NCBI GenBank assembly: GCA_965216755.1
Contig: CBDCGL010000011.1
Coordinates: forward strand, 3,008,001-3,072,000
Length of the DNA: 64,000 nt
Origin: Alphaproteobacteria bacterium
GTDB lineage: Bacteria; Pseudomonadota; Alphaproteobacteria; UBA7887
Direction: 5' to 3'
Positions within the stretch are counted from its first letter, which is position 1, and the number at the start of each line of letters is the position of its first letter. A program made the translations under genes and the position numbers. The notes below the pieces were generated by a model. It worked only from the letters and a program-made list of their open reading frames with translations, searched no databases and was not told the origin of the DNA. Below are positions 1-10,766 of this stretch, piece after piece.

Positions 1-267
1 TTTCCGGATCAACCGGTCGAAGGTCGGGTCGATAGTTTGGGCGCCGCCAGCGCCGCCGAATTTAGCTTGCTACCGGCCCAGAACGCCGCCGGCAACTTCG
101 TTAAAGTGGTACAACGTATCCCAGTGCGCATTCTGTTTGACGTGCCGCCCGCGCTTGAGGGGCGGATTGTCCCCGGCATGTCGGTGATCGTTACGGTCGA
201 CACGCAAACAGCGCCGGAAGGTGGCGCGTTGGCGAGCACGGTCGCGGCGGTTCCAAACCAGGAATAG
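1..267 (+). CDS. 3' end of HlyD/EmrA-family efflux membrane-fusion protein (partial)
   Basis: FSLLPAQNAAGNFVKVVQRIPVRI...PGMSV is the EmrA C-terminal motif; frame is open from the window edge. Confidence 0.85.
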   Translation, partial: FPDQPVEGRVDSLGAASAAEFSLLPAQNAAGNFVKVVQRIPVRILFDVPPALEGRIVPGMSVIVTVDTQTAPEGGALASTVAAVPNQE

Positions 268-308
268 CTGCCCGGTGGAGCGGTTGGGCGCCACCAAGGC
301 AACCGTTT

Positions 309-1904
309 TCAGTCGTGGCTTTCAATACTCCAAAAGAACGGCACCGGCGACGGGATCAAGCCCGTTAACGATGTCCGATAGGCGATCGGATTGTAGTACT
401 GGCCCCAAAGACCATGGGTGACCACCTCGAAGGCGCGGGCTTGAACGTCCGCGGCAATCGCCGCGCGAGCCTCGGTGTCGGTGGTTTCGGCATAACGGTC
501 GCGCAGGGCTTCAATCTTGTCGTCGCAAGGCCACCCGAACCAGGCCCGCGCCGTACAACCGCCAGAGATAGCAATATTAGACACCGGGTCTTGCGCGTCG
601 ACCGCCATTGACCAGGTGTGGAAAATGTTCCAACCGCCGTCCGCCGGTGGTGCCTGCACCGTGCGCCGCGAGGTCAGCGTACTCCAATCCATGGCTTGCA
701 AATCCACTGTCATGCCGGCGGCGCGCAGCAATTGGGCGGTGACCAGCGATGCGCTCGACAACACGGCGATGTCGGTTGGCTGCAAAATCACAACCGGTGT
801 GCCGTCATAGCCGGCCTCCGCCAACAGATCACGCGCGTGCGCCACGTCATGGGCCATCAGCGCCTCGGCACCGACGTCGCTTTCGTGGAGCGTCCCGCAG
901 GCAAAGATCGCCGGGCAAGCGCGCCAATAGTCCGTATTGCCGACCGCAGCTTGCATATAGGTGTCTTGATCGATCAGCCACAGCACGGCTTGGCGGACGC
1001 GCACATCGTCGAAGGGTGGGTGCAAATGATTCATGCGCAGCCACCCTTGAACGCCGAGCGGATCAAGATTTTCCACAACGACGTCGGGCGCTGTTTCCAA
1101 GATCGGCAGCAAGTCATGGGGCGGCAGCTCGAGATAATCGACTTCACCCGCGATCAGCGCGTTCATGGCCGTCGCCGCGTCTGGAATATAATGCCACTCG
1201 ACCCGGTCAACCTTGACCACTTTGCCGCCGGCGCCGAAGCTCGCTGGTTCGGCGCGCGGCACATAGGCGTTATTGCGTACGTAGACGACCTTGGTGCCCG
1301 GCACCCACTCGGCGGCAACGAAACGGAACGGGCCGGAACCGATCATCTCCGGCACTTGTTCGAACGGATCTGTTGCCGCCAGCCGCGCCGGCATCATGAA
1401 CGGCACGTTGGAGCTGATTTTGCCCAGCGATTCCAACACCAGGCCATAAGGCTTGGCCAGTTCCAGGGTAAACGTATCGGCGTCGACGGCGCGCAGGTCC
1501 TTGGTCGCGTCCATCAACTTTTGCCCCATGCCGTCGCGCGCGCCCCAGCGGCGAATCGATGCCACGCAATCCGCCGCGGTGACCGGCGCGCCGTCATGCC
1601 AGACGAGCCCGTCACGTAACGTAAAAGACCAGACCAGGCCGTCGTCACTGACCGACCAGCTGTCAACCATCTGTGGCTGCACGTCGAGGTTTTCATCGAG
1701 CGCGAATAGCGTGTCGTAAACCATGTAGCCGTGGTTTCGGGTGATATAGGCCGTCGTCCAGATGGGATCGATGTTCTTCAGATCGGCGTGGGGTACGACG
1801 CGCAGCACGCTCTCCGCGGCGTCCGGGGCCGGCCCCCATGGGCGCAAGGCTGCGGCAAGAACGATCGCTGCGGCCCAACAACGTCTGCGCAAACTGAGCA
1901 TCAT
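309..1904 (-). CDS. ABC transporter solute-binding protein, family 5 (peptide/opine/nickel type)
   Basis: Signal peptide; DLKNIDPIWTTAYITRNHGYMVYDTLF, FTLRDGL.WHDG.PVTA.D, GSGPF; GAGAGG RBS upstream of 1904. Confidence 0.9.
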   Translation of the reverse strand: MMLSLRRRCWAAAIVLAAALRPWGPAPDAAESVLRVVPHADLKNIDPIWTTAYITRNHGYMVYDTLFALDENLDVQPQMVDSWSVSDDGLVWSFTLRDGLVWHDGAPVTAADCVASIRRWGARDGMGQKLMDATKDLRAVDADTFTLELAKPYGLVLESLGKISSNVPFMMPARLAATDPFEQVPEMIGSGPFRFVAAEWVPGTKVVYVRNNAYVPRAEPASFGAGGKVVKVDRVEWHYIPDAATAMNALIAGEVDYLELPPHDLLPILETAPDVVVENLDPLGVQGWLRMNHLHPPFDDVRVRQAVLWLIDQDTYMQAAVGNTDYWRACPAIFACGTLHESDVGAEALMAHDVAHARDLLAEAGYDGTPVVILQPTDIAVLSSASLVTAQLLRAAGMTVDLQAMDWSTLTSRRTVQAPPADGGWNIFHTWSMAVDAQDPVSNIAISGGCTARAWFGWPCDDKIEALRDRYAETTDTEARAAIAADVQARAFEVVTHGLWGQYYNPIAYRTSLTGLIPSPVPFFWSIESHD

Positions 1905-2123
1905 CCAGATCCTCTCACCAGTGGCGACGTCCTCTGTCGGCGCCATGATAGCATTCTGGCGCGCCGCCCACGTCGGACCTGCCCCGGATTTCGGTGAGCG
2001 ATCAGATCAAGGGAGCCGTGCGTGGCGCAACATTGACCCACTGGCGTGTCGGGTCCTAGGCTGCATGACTCGTCCGCGATCAGCATTCACTAGGTGCGAA
2101 CGACCGAAAGGGCCTTGAAGACG

Positions 2124-2558
2124 ATGAGCGAAAAACCACAGAAATTCTCCGTCAGCTACGCTAAGGATGCTGTCTATAAGCCGGGTTTGCGCGACTTCAT
2201 GGAGTATCGCGATCTCGGCATCGATGGCGCCACCCATGGCAAAGTCCGCGCCCATGTCATCCGGGTCAAGCAAGACCAAGAGGGCGATCAGGACATGCAC
2301 ACCACCGGCCCGCACCAGCATTTGCTGGACTTCCAGATGTTTTATGTGTTGAACGGCTGGATCAAGTTCATCTATGAGGGCCAGCAGGGCGAGATGACCT
2401 TCCGACGCGGCGACTGCGTGTTGCAACCGGCCGCCATTCGCCATAACGAACTTGCCTGTTCGGACGATCTTGAAGTGTTGGAGATCTATTCCCCCGCCGA
2501 GCACGAAACGCGCGTCGTCGACAGCGTGCCGGGACACACCGCCGAAGCCGCCGAATAG
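2124..2558 (+). CDS. Cupin-domain protein
   Basis: TGPHQHLLDFQMFYVLNGW...GDCVLQP..IRHNE cupin motifs. Confidence 0.85.
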   Translation: MSEKPQKFSVSYAKDAVYKPGLRDFMEYRDLGIDGATHGKVRAHVIRVKQDQEGDQDMHTTGPHQHLLDFQMFYVLNGWIKFIYEGQQGEMTFRRGDCVLQPAAIRHNELACSDDLEVLEIYSPAEHETRVVDSVPGHTAEAAE

Positions 2559-2573
2559 AACTCCAAACCCGCC

Positions 2574-2599
2574 CGGCGCGATGCGTTGGCATCGCGCCG
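2574..2599. terminator. GC-rich hairpin between convergent genes
   Basis: CGGCGCGATGC-GTTG-GCATCGCGCCG perfect 11-bp stem; no clear U-tract. Confidence 0.5.
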
Positions 2600-2612
2600 T
2601 CGCGATCTTGCT

Positions 2613-3479
2613 TCAGGTCGCGGCGGCCATGATCACCGCTTCCTGGTCCTCGGGCACATAGAAATACGAGCCCGGGCGGAAGTCGTAACCCAAATCGCCG
2701 AGCAGGCGCCGTTGCCGCGGCGAGCACCGGTCAAGCACGCCTTGCGGTGGCGCGCCAAAGTCGTACCAGCGGACGAACATCTGACAATAGTTGTAAAGCA
2801 AAGTCTTGCGCGCGGTGCCCGAATTGTTGGGCGCGGGCCCGTGCCACAGCGCATGGGGAAACAGATAACAATCGCCGGCCTTGCCCGTCAGCTGCGCGGC
2901 GCCCGGCGCGTGCGGATGCGGCGCGCGGTCCGTGCCTTCCGGAAACGGCCGCATATGGCTGCCGGGAAAGACGGTAAAATTGCCGCTGTCGGGTTCGGTG
3001 ACATCGGTGAGCAAATACATCGCTTTCATCGCCAGCGGCCGGCTGGTCTCGGTCACCCGCACGCGCCGCTGTGCTTCGCCGCCGTCGGTGTGGGTATAAC
3101 CCCGAAACCCGTCGTTGGACGCGCGCACGATCGCCTGCGACATGGAAAACTGGATGTAGGGCCCCATGATGTCGACAATCAGATCGAATACGCCGGGCCG
3201 GTCAATCAAGTCGATGAAGGTTTGGTCATAGGCCAGTAGGTCGCGCCGGTCCATGAACGCGCCCGGGTCAAGGTTGCCATGTTCGACCCAGGCATAGTGG
3301 CCGAGCGGCATTTGTTTGGGCGCCGGTTCATAGCCGGGCAATGTGCGGATTCGATCGATGGCGCGGCTGAAGCTGTCGACTTCTTCCGGACTCAACGCGC
3401 CTTCGAGCTGGATATAGCCGTCTACCGCCCATTGCTCGCGCTGCAAGTCGGTCAGTGTACCCATGCCGTTGTGGCTCAT
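2613..3479 (-). CDS. Phytanoyl-CoA dioxygenase (PhyH) family Fe(II)/2OG oxygenase
   Basis: HTD metal motif, VFPGSH, GKAGD...LWHG...N...RK. Confidence 0.85.
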   Translation of the reverse strand: MSHNGMGTLTDLQREQWAVDGYIQLEGALSPEEVDSFSRAIDRIRTLPGYEPAPKQMPLGHYAWVEHGNLDPGAFMDRRDLLAYDQTFIDLIDRPGVFDLIVDIMGPYIQFSMSQAIVRASNDGFRGYTHTDGGEAQRRVRVTETSRPLAMKAMYLLTDVTEPDSGNFTVFPGSHMRPFPEGTDRAPHPHAPGAAQLTGKAGDCYLFPHALWHGPAPNNSGTARKTLLYNYCQMFVRWYDFGAPPQGVLDRCSPRQRRLLGDLGYDFRPGSYFYVPEDQEAVIMAAAT

Positions 3480-3539
3480 GATGTTCAGTACCTCCGCATC
3501 AATCGGCGATGGACACCGGCGATACCGTGCGGCCAAGCT

Positions 3540-3965
3540 TCAGCTATATTTCTTCGGCGGCTGCGGGTTGTTTGCCGGATTGGTGTCGTGTTTTGATAGC
3601 CTGGTCACGATGTCACCGCCGACCAACGCCAGCAAGTCGGCCTCAAGCGCATCTGCCTTGTCTTGGGCGTAGACCTCGTCGCCGCCAACGTAAAGTGTGA
3701 ACGACTTGATGTATTTCGCTTCCTTGGCGGGGTCCTCGATCGTTGCTTTGGTCCACTTGTAAAGCGGATATTGCGCGACGCCGTTTTCTTCGGCTTCGGC
3801 GACATAGCCGGCAAAGGCATCAAATTGGCATTTCAGCTGGGCGTCGTGCCGGTGCAAGATATCCGCCAGCGGGCGCAGTGACGGATCGTCCGGATCGCGC
3901 CGCGCTGTGCGTGCCGGCTCGTCGTGAAGATAGATCCGCACTTGGTATTGCCAGGTTTCGCTCAT
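3540..3965 (-). CDS. Hypothetical protein
   Basis: 141-aa ORF with AAGGAG RBS; stop lies ~60 bp before the co-oriented PhyH gene. Confidence 0.7.
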   Translation of the reverse strand: MSETWQYQVRIYLHDEPARTARRDPDDPSLRPLADILHRHDAQLKCQFDAFAGYVAEAEENGVAQYPLYKWTKATIEDPAKEAKYIKSFTLYVGGDEVYAQDKADALEADLLALVGGDIVTRLSKHDTNPANNPQPPKKYS

Positions 3966-4044
3966 TGCGGGTTGTCTCCTTTATCCGCTCTTGGCACCTG
4001 GCACCATGCTAAGCGGCCCGCGGGCTGGCCTCAAGAGCCCGCGC

Positions 4045-4680
4045 TCAGCCGCCGCTATTGACCTGCCGTTCGGCATCATAGGCACCGGCTGGTAGCTCGT
4101 GGGCGATGCCTTTATGGCAGTCGATGCAGGTTTGTCCCTCGTCGATGGCTTCGGTGTGGCGTCGGCCGGAGCGCGATTCCTGCAAGGTCAGATCCATATA
4201 TTCGAAACTGTGGCAGTTGCGGCATTCGCGCGAGTCCGTGCGCTTCATCGTACGCCACACGCGTTTCGCCATGTCCAGCCGCGCGGCTTCAAATTTCTCG
4301 CGCGTGTTGATTGTCCCGGCAAAGTGATGAAACAGCTCATTGGTTGCCTGAATCTTACGCAGTACTTTGTGAATCCATTCCTTGGGCACGTGACAGTCGG
4401 GGCAGGTCGCGCGCACGCCGGTGCGATTGACGTAATGAATCGTTTCCCGGTACTCGCGAAACACATTTTGGTCCATCTCATGACAACTGATACAAAAAGT
4501 CTCGGTGTTGGTCAGCTCCATCGCCCAGTTAAAGCCACCCCATAAGACCACGCCGGCGACCACGCCAACGCCCAGCAACGTGCCCAATGCATAGGTGCGG
4601 CTCGGCCGCGTCAAGTGAGTCCACGCCCGCCGCCAGCGTCCGTCGCCGCCACTGTCATTGCCATGTTCGTCGTCGCTCAT
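4045..4680 (-). CDS. napC: Tetraheme cytochrome c NapC
   Basis: N-terminal TM helix; four CxxCH (CISCH, CPDCH, CRNCH, CIDCHKGIAH); last gene of the nap operon. Confidence 0.95.
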   Translation of the reverse strand: MSDDEHGNDSGGDGRWRRAWTHLTRPSRTYALGTLLGVGVVAGVVLWGGFNWAMELTNTETFCISCHEMDQNVFREYRETIHYVNRTGVRATCPDCHVPKEWIHKVLRKIQATNELFHHFAGTINTREKFEAARLDMAKRVWRTMKRTDSRECRNCHSFEYMDLTLQESRSGRRHTEAIDEGQTCIDCHKGIAHELPAGAYDAERQVNSGG

Positions 4681-4723
4681 AATGCCCCCCTTTGTTCGAA
4701 CCTCGTTTCAGTCCGAGCCGGCC

Positions 4724-5194
4724 CTATTCGATGTCAAAAGCGGATTGAAATCGGTTGCGACGCAATTCGCGCGCGTTCACTTGTGGCACGTGGCATTGGG
4801 TACAGAACCAACGGGTACGTGCGACCTGATCCAGCGCCACGCCATTGCGATCGATATAATGTGTCTCGCTAATTTTTGGCGCGCCCTCTTCAATATTGTG
4901 CGGCCAATCATGGCAGCGCATGCACTGGTTAACTTTGAGGTTGATTTGATATTTCACGATGTTGTGGGGAATCATCGGGGGTTGTTGACGATAGGCGCGC
5001 GCGAAACGGCCGCTGTCGGTGTTCTGCCGCCGCACGTCGTCGGCAGCAGGCAGGTCCTCGATGGCGGCCGGACCACGCAACGAGGTGACCGCGCCATCTT
5101 GTGCGCTGGTCTGCGCAGATGGTATCAGCCAGGCCAGTAGCAGGGCCAAACCTACGGCGACATTTCGTGTTCGCCCATTCGAATGCCTGATCAC
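4724..5194 (-). CDS. napB: Diheme cytochrome c NapB
   Basis: QQPPMIPH, NQCMRCH, ISETHY, RWFCTQCHVPQ; GTG start after strong RBS. Confidence 0.95.
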   Translation of the reverse strand: MIRHSNGRTRNVAVGLALLLAWLIPSAQTSAQDGAVTSLRGPAAIEDLPAADDVRRQNTDSGRFARAYRQQPPMIPHNIVKYQINLKVNQCMRCHDWPHNIEEGAPKISETHYIDRNGVALDQVARTRWFCTQCHVPQVNARELRRNRFQSAFDIE

Positions 5195-5210
5195 GGTTCC
5201 TTCCTCCCTC

Positions 5211-6143
5211 TCAGAGTGCCGCGCGCGTGCCTGGATTGACCATGTGCGCGGTCGCGCCACGGGGCGCGGCCGCGCGCCGGTCAAAGCGAGTCCCAAAGCC
5301 AAAAACGTTCTTCGTGCACACATCGATACAACGACCGCACTTGGTGCAATCTGACGACAGAATCAACGGGCTGGCAGCGGCCGTGTCAGCGCCGCGCGCC
5401 AACGCCGACGCGATTTTGCGACGCGCCAACGCCGGCGCGATGACCTGTGGTTCCGGACAAACCGCATAGCAATCCATGCAATCGTCGCAAGCCGCGCGGC
5501 CGGCGGCGCCGACCCGCACCACACTGGCGCGGCCGAGCAAGCCGTAAAATGCGCCGACCGGGCACAAGCGGCCGCACCACCCGCGTCGGCTAACAAACAG
5601 ATCAAACAGAAAAACGGCCACAACGACGGTCCATGCCCAACCGATCCCAAAAATCAGGCCGCGATGCATCATAGAAACAGGATTGATCAGTTCCCAGGCG
5701 ATGGTGCCGGACAGCGCCGCGACAATCACTGTCGCGCCGAGTAGCCACAGGCGGGTTTGACGTCTCGGTTGCCAGCCTTTTTGCTCAAGGCCCAACTTGG
5801 TCCGCAACCACGCCGCCAAATCGGTGACCGGATTGATCGGACACACCCACGCGCAATAGACGCGCCCGCCAACAATCGCATAGCCGACGGCAACGATCAG
5901 GGCACCAAGGATTGCGGTCAGCGCCGGCCAGTGACCGGCGGCAATCGATTGAACCAGCACATAGGGGTCGGTGAGCGGCACTGTGTCCAGCACCAAGCTG
6001 GCGGTCAGGTTGCCCTTGAGCCACCACACACCGAACAGGGGCCCGGCCAAGAACAACGCCATAATGGCGACCTGACTGCAACGGCGGGCGATCAGCCAGC
6101 GATGGCGCGCGAACCAACCGGACTGTGTGTGCGTGGTGCTCAT
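5211..6143 (-). CDS. napH: Quinol dehydrogenase membrane subunit NapH
   Basis: [23 protein letters not shown], two ferredoxin CxxCxxCxxxC motifs. Confidence 0.95.
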   Translation of the reverse strand: MSTTHTQSGWFARHRWLIARRCSQVAIMALFLAGPLFGVWWLKGNLTASLVLDTVPLTDPYVLVQSIAAGHWPALTAILGALIVAVGYAIVGGRVYCAWVCPINPVTDLAAWLRTKLGLEQKGWQPRRQTRLWLLGATVIVAALSGTIAWELINPVSMMHRGLIFGIGWAWTVVVAVFLFDLFVSRRGWCGRLCPVGAFYGLLGRASVVRVGAAGRAACDDCMDCYAVCPEPQVIAPALARRKIASALARGADTAAASPLILSSDCTKCGRCIDVCTKNVFGFGTRFDRRAAAPRGATAHMVNPGTRAAL

Positions 6144-6934
6144 GGTTCGAACGTGCGCACCGGCAGCGCCATCTTGCGCGCGCCAGGGCGCCGATCTGGC
6201 AGGTCGATCACATCGTCGACCAATGGCCGCCCGCGTTTGTTCTTTTCTTCCCAGCCGAGTCGGTAGTGGCTGCCGAGCGCGCCGACCGCGATCGCGTCCG
6301 GCAACACTTTGATCGCGGCCTCGTCCAGCACGCAGGCATATTCGCACTTGCCGCAGCCGGTGCAGGCGTCGGCATGCACGGTCGGTACGAAAATCGCGTG
6401 TCGGCCGGTGCGTTCATTGTGCTGTTCCTCCAACGTAATCGCCGTGTCGAACAGCGGACAGACGCGATAGCACACGTCGCAACGCAGGCCGAGAATGTTC
6501 AAGCAGGTTTCATGGCCGACCAGCACCGCAACGCCCATACGGGCGTCGTCGATGTTGTTCAGACTGTGATCGAGGGCGCCGGTCGGACACGCCGCGACGC
6601 AGGGCACGTCTTCGCACATTTCGCACGGTACCTCGCGTGCGATGAAATAAGGCGTGCCTGTGGTGGGTGGCGTGCCCAGACGGGCGAGCCGCAGTGTGTC
6701 ATAGGGGCAGGCGCGCACACATAGACCACAGCGCACGCAGGCGCCGAGAAAATCGCGTTCCGCGCGGGCGCCGGGCGGCCGCAAAGCCTGCGCCGGCCGC
6801 GACAACGCCTGACGCACCCACAAGGCGAGTGTCAGGCTCCCGATCCCGACCGCGCACAGCATGCGCGCCATATCGCCAAACATACGCCGGCGTGTCACCG
6901 ACCCCGCGCGGCCCGGTGTTGACAATCTAGCCAT
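6140..6934 (-). CDS. napG: Ferredoxin-type protein NapG
   Basis: Tat-like [28 protein letters not shown], four Fe-S motifs. Confidence 0.95.
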   Translation of the reverse strand: MARLSTPGRAGSVTRRRMFGDMARMLCAVGIGSLTLALWVRQALSRPAQALRPPGARAERDFLGACVRCGLCVRACPYDTLRLARLGTPPTTGTPYFIAREVPCEMCEDVPCVAACPTGALDHSLNNIDDARMGVAVLVGHETCLNILGLRCDVCYRVCPLFDTAITLEEQHNERTGRHAIFVPTVHADACTGCGKCEYACVLDEAAIKVLPDAIAVGALGSHYRLGWEEKNKRGRPLVDDVIDLPDRRPGARKMALPVRTFEP

Positions 6935-6969
6935 GAAAACACCGCCTCATTTCAGGCCAATACCCGTTG

Positions 6970-7244
6970 CTAGAGCGGTATCCGACAATATTGAACCATT
7001 CTGCCGGAGCGCCTTTTCGCCAAGATCAAGTCGCTGTCCGCAGGGCGTATCGGGAATACGGCCAAGGGCAGCGACGCAGAGATTGGCAAAAAGGTGCCCG
7101 GCCCTGCGGGTTCGCGACCGGCCGGCGACCACTTTGTCGGACGGCTTGCCCGATGCGCCAGCATCGCGCTGCGCCGCCCTTCGCGTGGATCGCCACGCCG
7201 GGCCGCGAACAGAATTGATTCAATATTATCGGACACTGCTCTAG
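6970..7244. mobile_element. MITE-like element, copy 1 (275 bp, CTAG ends)
   Basis: ~30-bp terminal inverted repeats CTAGAGCGGTATCCGACAATATTGAACCA / TTGATTCAATATTATCGGACACTGCTCTAG; homologous to 22580-22854 and 38897-39025. Confidence 0.9.
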
Positions 7245-9730
7245 GCCCGCACCACCCGGACGGCGCATTTCTTGAAATCGGTTTCCTTCGAAATCGGACA
7301 AGTGGCATCCAGCGTTAGTTTGTTGACCAGTTGGCTGGCGTCGAACCAGGGCACAAAGACCATGCCGGGCGGCGGCCGGTTGCGGCCGCGCGTTTCGACC
7401 CGGGTGACCAAGGCGCCGCGTCGTGATTCGAGGCGCACCTCCATGCCGCGCTTCAGGTCACGCGCCTTGGCATCGTCCGGATGCATATAGACGACCGCAT
7501 TCGGGAACGCCCGATACAATTCGGGCACGCGCCGCGTCATCGATCCCGAATGCCAATGTTCTAACACCCGGCCGGTCCCCAACCACAAATCGTAGGTCTC
7601 ATCGGGGACCTCAGCGGGCGGTTCGTAGGGCAAGGCGAAGATGTTCGCACGGCCATCGGGTTTGCCGTAAAACGCCACGCCCGCGCCTGCCTCGACATAG
7701 GGGTCGTAGCCTTCGCGGAACCGCCACAATGTCTCTTGGCCGTCGACCACCGGCCACCGCAGCCCGCGTGTCGCGTGATAGAGCTCGTATGCCGCCAGGT
7801 CGTGGGCCTTGCCGCGACCGAATTCGGCATACTCTTCGAACAGTCCTTTTTGGACATAGAACCCAAACCGCTCCGACTCGTCGTTGGCGAAGCCGGCCGG
7901 CAACTGCTCCAACGGGAATTTGTCGACCTCGCCGTTGCGGAAAAGGATCTCGAACAAGGTCTTACCGCGATACTCGGGCTTCATGGCCAGCAATTCATCG
8001 GGCCACACCTCTTCGACCAGAAACCGCTTGGAAAACTCCATGACCTGCCAAACATCCGATCGCGCATCGCCCGGCGGGTCCACCTGTTGGCGCCAAAATT
8101 GCGTGCGCCGTTCGGCATTGCCATAGGCGCCTTCTTTTTCGACCCACATGGCGGTGGGCAAAATCAAATCCGCGGCGGTGGCGGTGACAGTCGGATAGGG
8201 GTCCGAAACCACAACAAAATTGTCCGGATTGCGATAGCCGGGATAGGTTTCCTCCATCATATTGGGCGCGGCTTGCATATTGTTGTTGCACATCACCCAA
8301 TAGGCATTGAGCTTGCCATCTTTAAGCATGCGATTTTGCAAAACCGCGTGATAGCCTGGTTTGCTGGGGATGGTTCCCTCGGGCAACTGCCATTTCTCTT
8401 CCGCGATACGGCGATGCTCCTCCTTCATCACCACCATGTCGGCGGGCAAACGATGGGCAAAGGTGCCGACCTCGCGTGCCGTGCCGCAGGCCGAGGGCTG
8501 CCCGGTCAGCGAAAACGGCCCATTCCCGGGTTCGGAAATCTTGCCGGTCAAGAGATGGATGTTGTAGATCAGATTGTTCGCCCAAGTGCCGCGGGTATGC
8601 TGATTGAACCCCATGGTCCAGTAAGACACCACCTTGCGGTCCGGGGCGGCATAAAGCTCGGCCAGGCTTTCCAAGTCTTGCGCTGGTACACCCGATAGTT
8701 CACTCACTTTGTCGACCGTGTAATCGGCGACAAATGCCTTGAATTCTTCAAAGGTCATCGGCTCGGAGCCGCCGGCCTTGCCCGCATTGCTCGCCGCTTG
8801 TTCAAGCGGATGATCGGGCCTCAAGCCGTAGCCGATGTCGGTATTGCCGCGTCGGAAATTGACGTGGTTGTCAACGAACGCTTGGTTGACTCGCCCAGTT
8901 TGGATGATGTGATTGGCGATGTAGTTGAGAATCGCCAAATCGGTTTGCGGGTGGAACACCACGCCCAAATCGGCCAATTCAAAGTTCCGATTCTCAAAGG
9001 TCGACAACACGGCAACGCGGACATGGTCGGCGGTCAGGCGCCGATCGGTCAGGCGCGACCACAGGATCGGATGCATCTCCGACATGTTGGCGCCCCACAA
9101 AACGAACGCGTCGGCGTGTTCCAGATCGTCATAGCAGCCCATCGGTTCATCGATGCCGAAAGTGCGAATAAAGCCGGCAACGGCCGAGGCCATGCAATGG
9201 CGGGCGTTGGGATCGATATTGTTCGATCGCAGACCGGCTTTCATAAACTTGGCGGCGGCATAGCCTTCCCACACCGTCCACTGGCCCGACCCAAACATGC
9301 CGACCGCCGTCGGGCCCGTTTTTTTCAACGCGGCCTTCCATTTCTCGGCCATGACATCGAAGGCTTCGTCCCACGATACCGGTTCGAATTCGCCTTCCTT
9401 GTCGAACCGACCGTTGCGTTTGCGCAAGAGTGGCGTCGTCAGACGGTCTTCGCCATAAAGGATCTTCGACAGAAAATAGCCCTTGATGCAGTTGAGGCCG
9501 CGATTGACCGGGGCGTCCGGATCGCCCTGGGTGGCGACAACCCGGCCTGATTTCACACCGACCAACACGCTGCAGCCGGTGCCACAGAAGCGGCATGGTG
9601 CCTTGTCCCACCGAATGTCGTTACCGTCGGCGGCGTGCGCCGATCGGTCCCGGGTCAAATTGATGCCGGCGACGGCGGCCGTCGCGGCCGCGGCCTGGGC
9701 TTTGACGAAGTCACGCCTCGATAGCTTCAT
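7241..9730 (-). CDS. napA: Periplasmic nitrate reductase catalytic subunit NapA
   Basis: Tat signal SRRDFVK; [31 protein letters not shown]-terminal DFKKCAV. Confidence 0.98.
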   Translation of the reverse strand: MKLSRRDFVKAQAAAATAAVAGINLTRDRSAHAADGNDIRWDKAPCRFCGTGCSVLVGVKSGRVVATQGDPDAPVNRGLNCIKGYFLSKILYGEDRLTTPLLRKRNGRFDKEGEFEPVSWDEAFDVMAEKWKAALKKTGPTAVGMFGSGQWTVWEGYAAAKFMKAGLRSNNIDPNARHCMASAVAGFIRTFGIDEPMGCYDDLEHADAFVLWGANMSEMHPILWSRLTDRRLTADHVRVAVLSTFENRNFELADLGVVFHPQTDLAILNYIANHIIQTGRVNQAFVDNHVNFRRGNTDIGYGLRPDHPLEQAASNAGKAGGSEPMTFEEFKAFVADYTVDKVSELSGVPAQDLESLAELYAAPDRKVVSYWTMGFNQHTRGTWANNLIYNIHLLTGKISEPGNGPFSLTGQPSACGTAREVGTFAHRLPADMVVMKEEHRRIAEEKWQLPEGTIPSKPGYHAVLQNRMLKDGKLNAYWVMCNNNMQAAPNMMEETYPGYRNPDNFVVVSDPYPTVTATAADLILPTAMWVEKEGAYGNAERRTQFWRQQVDPPGDARSDVWQVMEFSKRFLVEEVWPDELLAMKPEYRGKTLFEILFRNGEVDKFPLEQLPAGFANDESERFGFYVQKGLFEEYAEFGRGKAHDLAAYELYHATRGLRWPVVDGQETLWRFREGYDPYVEAGAGVAFYGKPDGRANIFALPYEPPAEVPDETYDLWLGTGRVLEHWHSGSMTRRVPELYRAFPNAVVYMHPDDAKARDLKRGMEVRLESRRGALVTRVETRGRNRPPPGMVFVPWFDASQLVNKLTLDATCPISKETDFKKCAVRVVRA

Positions 9731-9983
9731 GTTCCATCTCCTCTGCCGGCTCGGCGTGGTGGTAAACAAGATTGGCGGCAAGGACGCCGGGTATTCGTTG
9801 AATTCGGATCAGGGGGTGGATCGAGCCCGTGGCCGCGGTGCCGTCGATCGTGATTACGATCCGGCCGTCGGGGCTGGTTGAGTGGATTTCGACGCCGGCG
9901 CACCTGGCGAGGGCCCTTTGAACCGCCGCCATGCGTGCCGGTTGGGCCATAACCAAAACACCCGATATGTTGAGGCTGTCCAT
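9711..9983 (-). CDS. napD: NapA signal-peptide chaperone NapD
   Basis: NISGVLV...GRIVITI...[11 protein letters not shown]; located between napF and napA. Confidence 0.9.
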   Translation of the reverse strand: MDSLNISGVLVMAQPARMAAVQRALARCAGVEIHSTSPDGRIVITIDGTAATGSIHPLIRIQRIPGVLAANLVYHHAEPAEEMEHEAIEA

Positions 9984-9992
9984 CGATTCTCC

Positions 9993-10514
9993 TCAGGCTG
10001 AACGAGACTCTGGGCGTGCACGTACCGCAATGGCGCCGACCGGGCACACGCTGACGCAGGCGCCACATCCGGTACAAGCGGTGTTTGTGATGGCGGGCCG
10101 CCCCCCGGCACCCAGCGCGGTATCAAACCGAATCGCCTCAAGCGCGCAGTGCTCCTGGCATGTGCGGCAAATGACACCACGACCGCCCAGACAGTCAGCA
10201 CCGACCTCTGCGAACGCAGTCCACGGTCGGCTGATTGGCGCCGCGTGCGCCAGATGCAGGGCGCCGGATGGGCAAACATCGACACAGCGGCCGCAAAACG
10301 TGCAGGCGCCGGCGCTGAAATCGACAAATGGCAGACCGTCTTCGTCGCGTGCCAGAATGCCCTCAGGACAGGCACTAATACAGCGGCCGGAGCTGTTGCA
10401 CAGCGCGTCGAAATTGCCCTGTTCAGCGGACCAAGGCGGGCGCAGTTGGTGGCGATCACGTGTCAGCCGCCCGCGAATCAAGTCAAATCGGCTGATCGAC
10501 CCCACCGTCGTCAT
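9993..10514 (-). CDS. napF: Ferredoxin-type protein NapF
   Basis: LRPPW, CTFCGRCVDVCP, CTGCGACVSVCP; first cluster motif reads CNSSGRC (one Cys replaced by Ser). Confidence 0.9.
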   Translation of the reverse strand: MTTVGSISRFDLIRGRLTRDRHQLRPPWSAEQGNFDALCNSSGRCISACPEGILARDEDGLPFVDFSAGACTFCGRCVDVCPSGALHLAHAAPISRPWTAFAEVGADCLGGRGVICRTCQEHCALEAIRFDTALGAGGRPAITNTACTGCGACVSVCPVGAIAVRARPESRSA

Positions 10515-10581
10515 TCCCGCTGTACGCCCATACCGTGCTGCATTCGTGGCTTATGCGGCCAAAAGAATAGAAACACCACGC

Positions 10582-10623
10582 ATGCTAACGGGGCGACGCG
10601 GCGCGTGCCTTGATGTCTGTCAA
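10582..10623 (-). promoter_or_regulatory. FNR/FixK-type class II promoter of the nap operon
   Basis: TTGAC-AGAC-ATCAA (10623-10610, 9/10 match to TTGAT-N4-ATCAA) and -10 TAGCAT (10587-10582); box centre falls at about -41.5. Confidence 0.8.
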
Positions 10624-10766
10624 TCCCGCGCCGGTCGCGTCGCGGGTGCGTCCGTTTGATCATACCCGTCGGCCATGGTGTTGCCCAAGCCGCCGTCGAT
10701 GAATGGCGCGGTGGCACCGCCGCGACGTGCACCATGGCGAAGATTCGCGAGCGGTCCCGTCCGCGC

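Noticed and set aside
6947-7318. Short ORFs within the MITE copies (also 22534-22986 and 38641-39135)
   Set aside because: They are translations of the non-coding repeat in several frames; stops are not conserved between copies.
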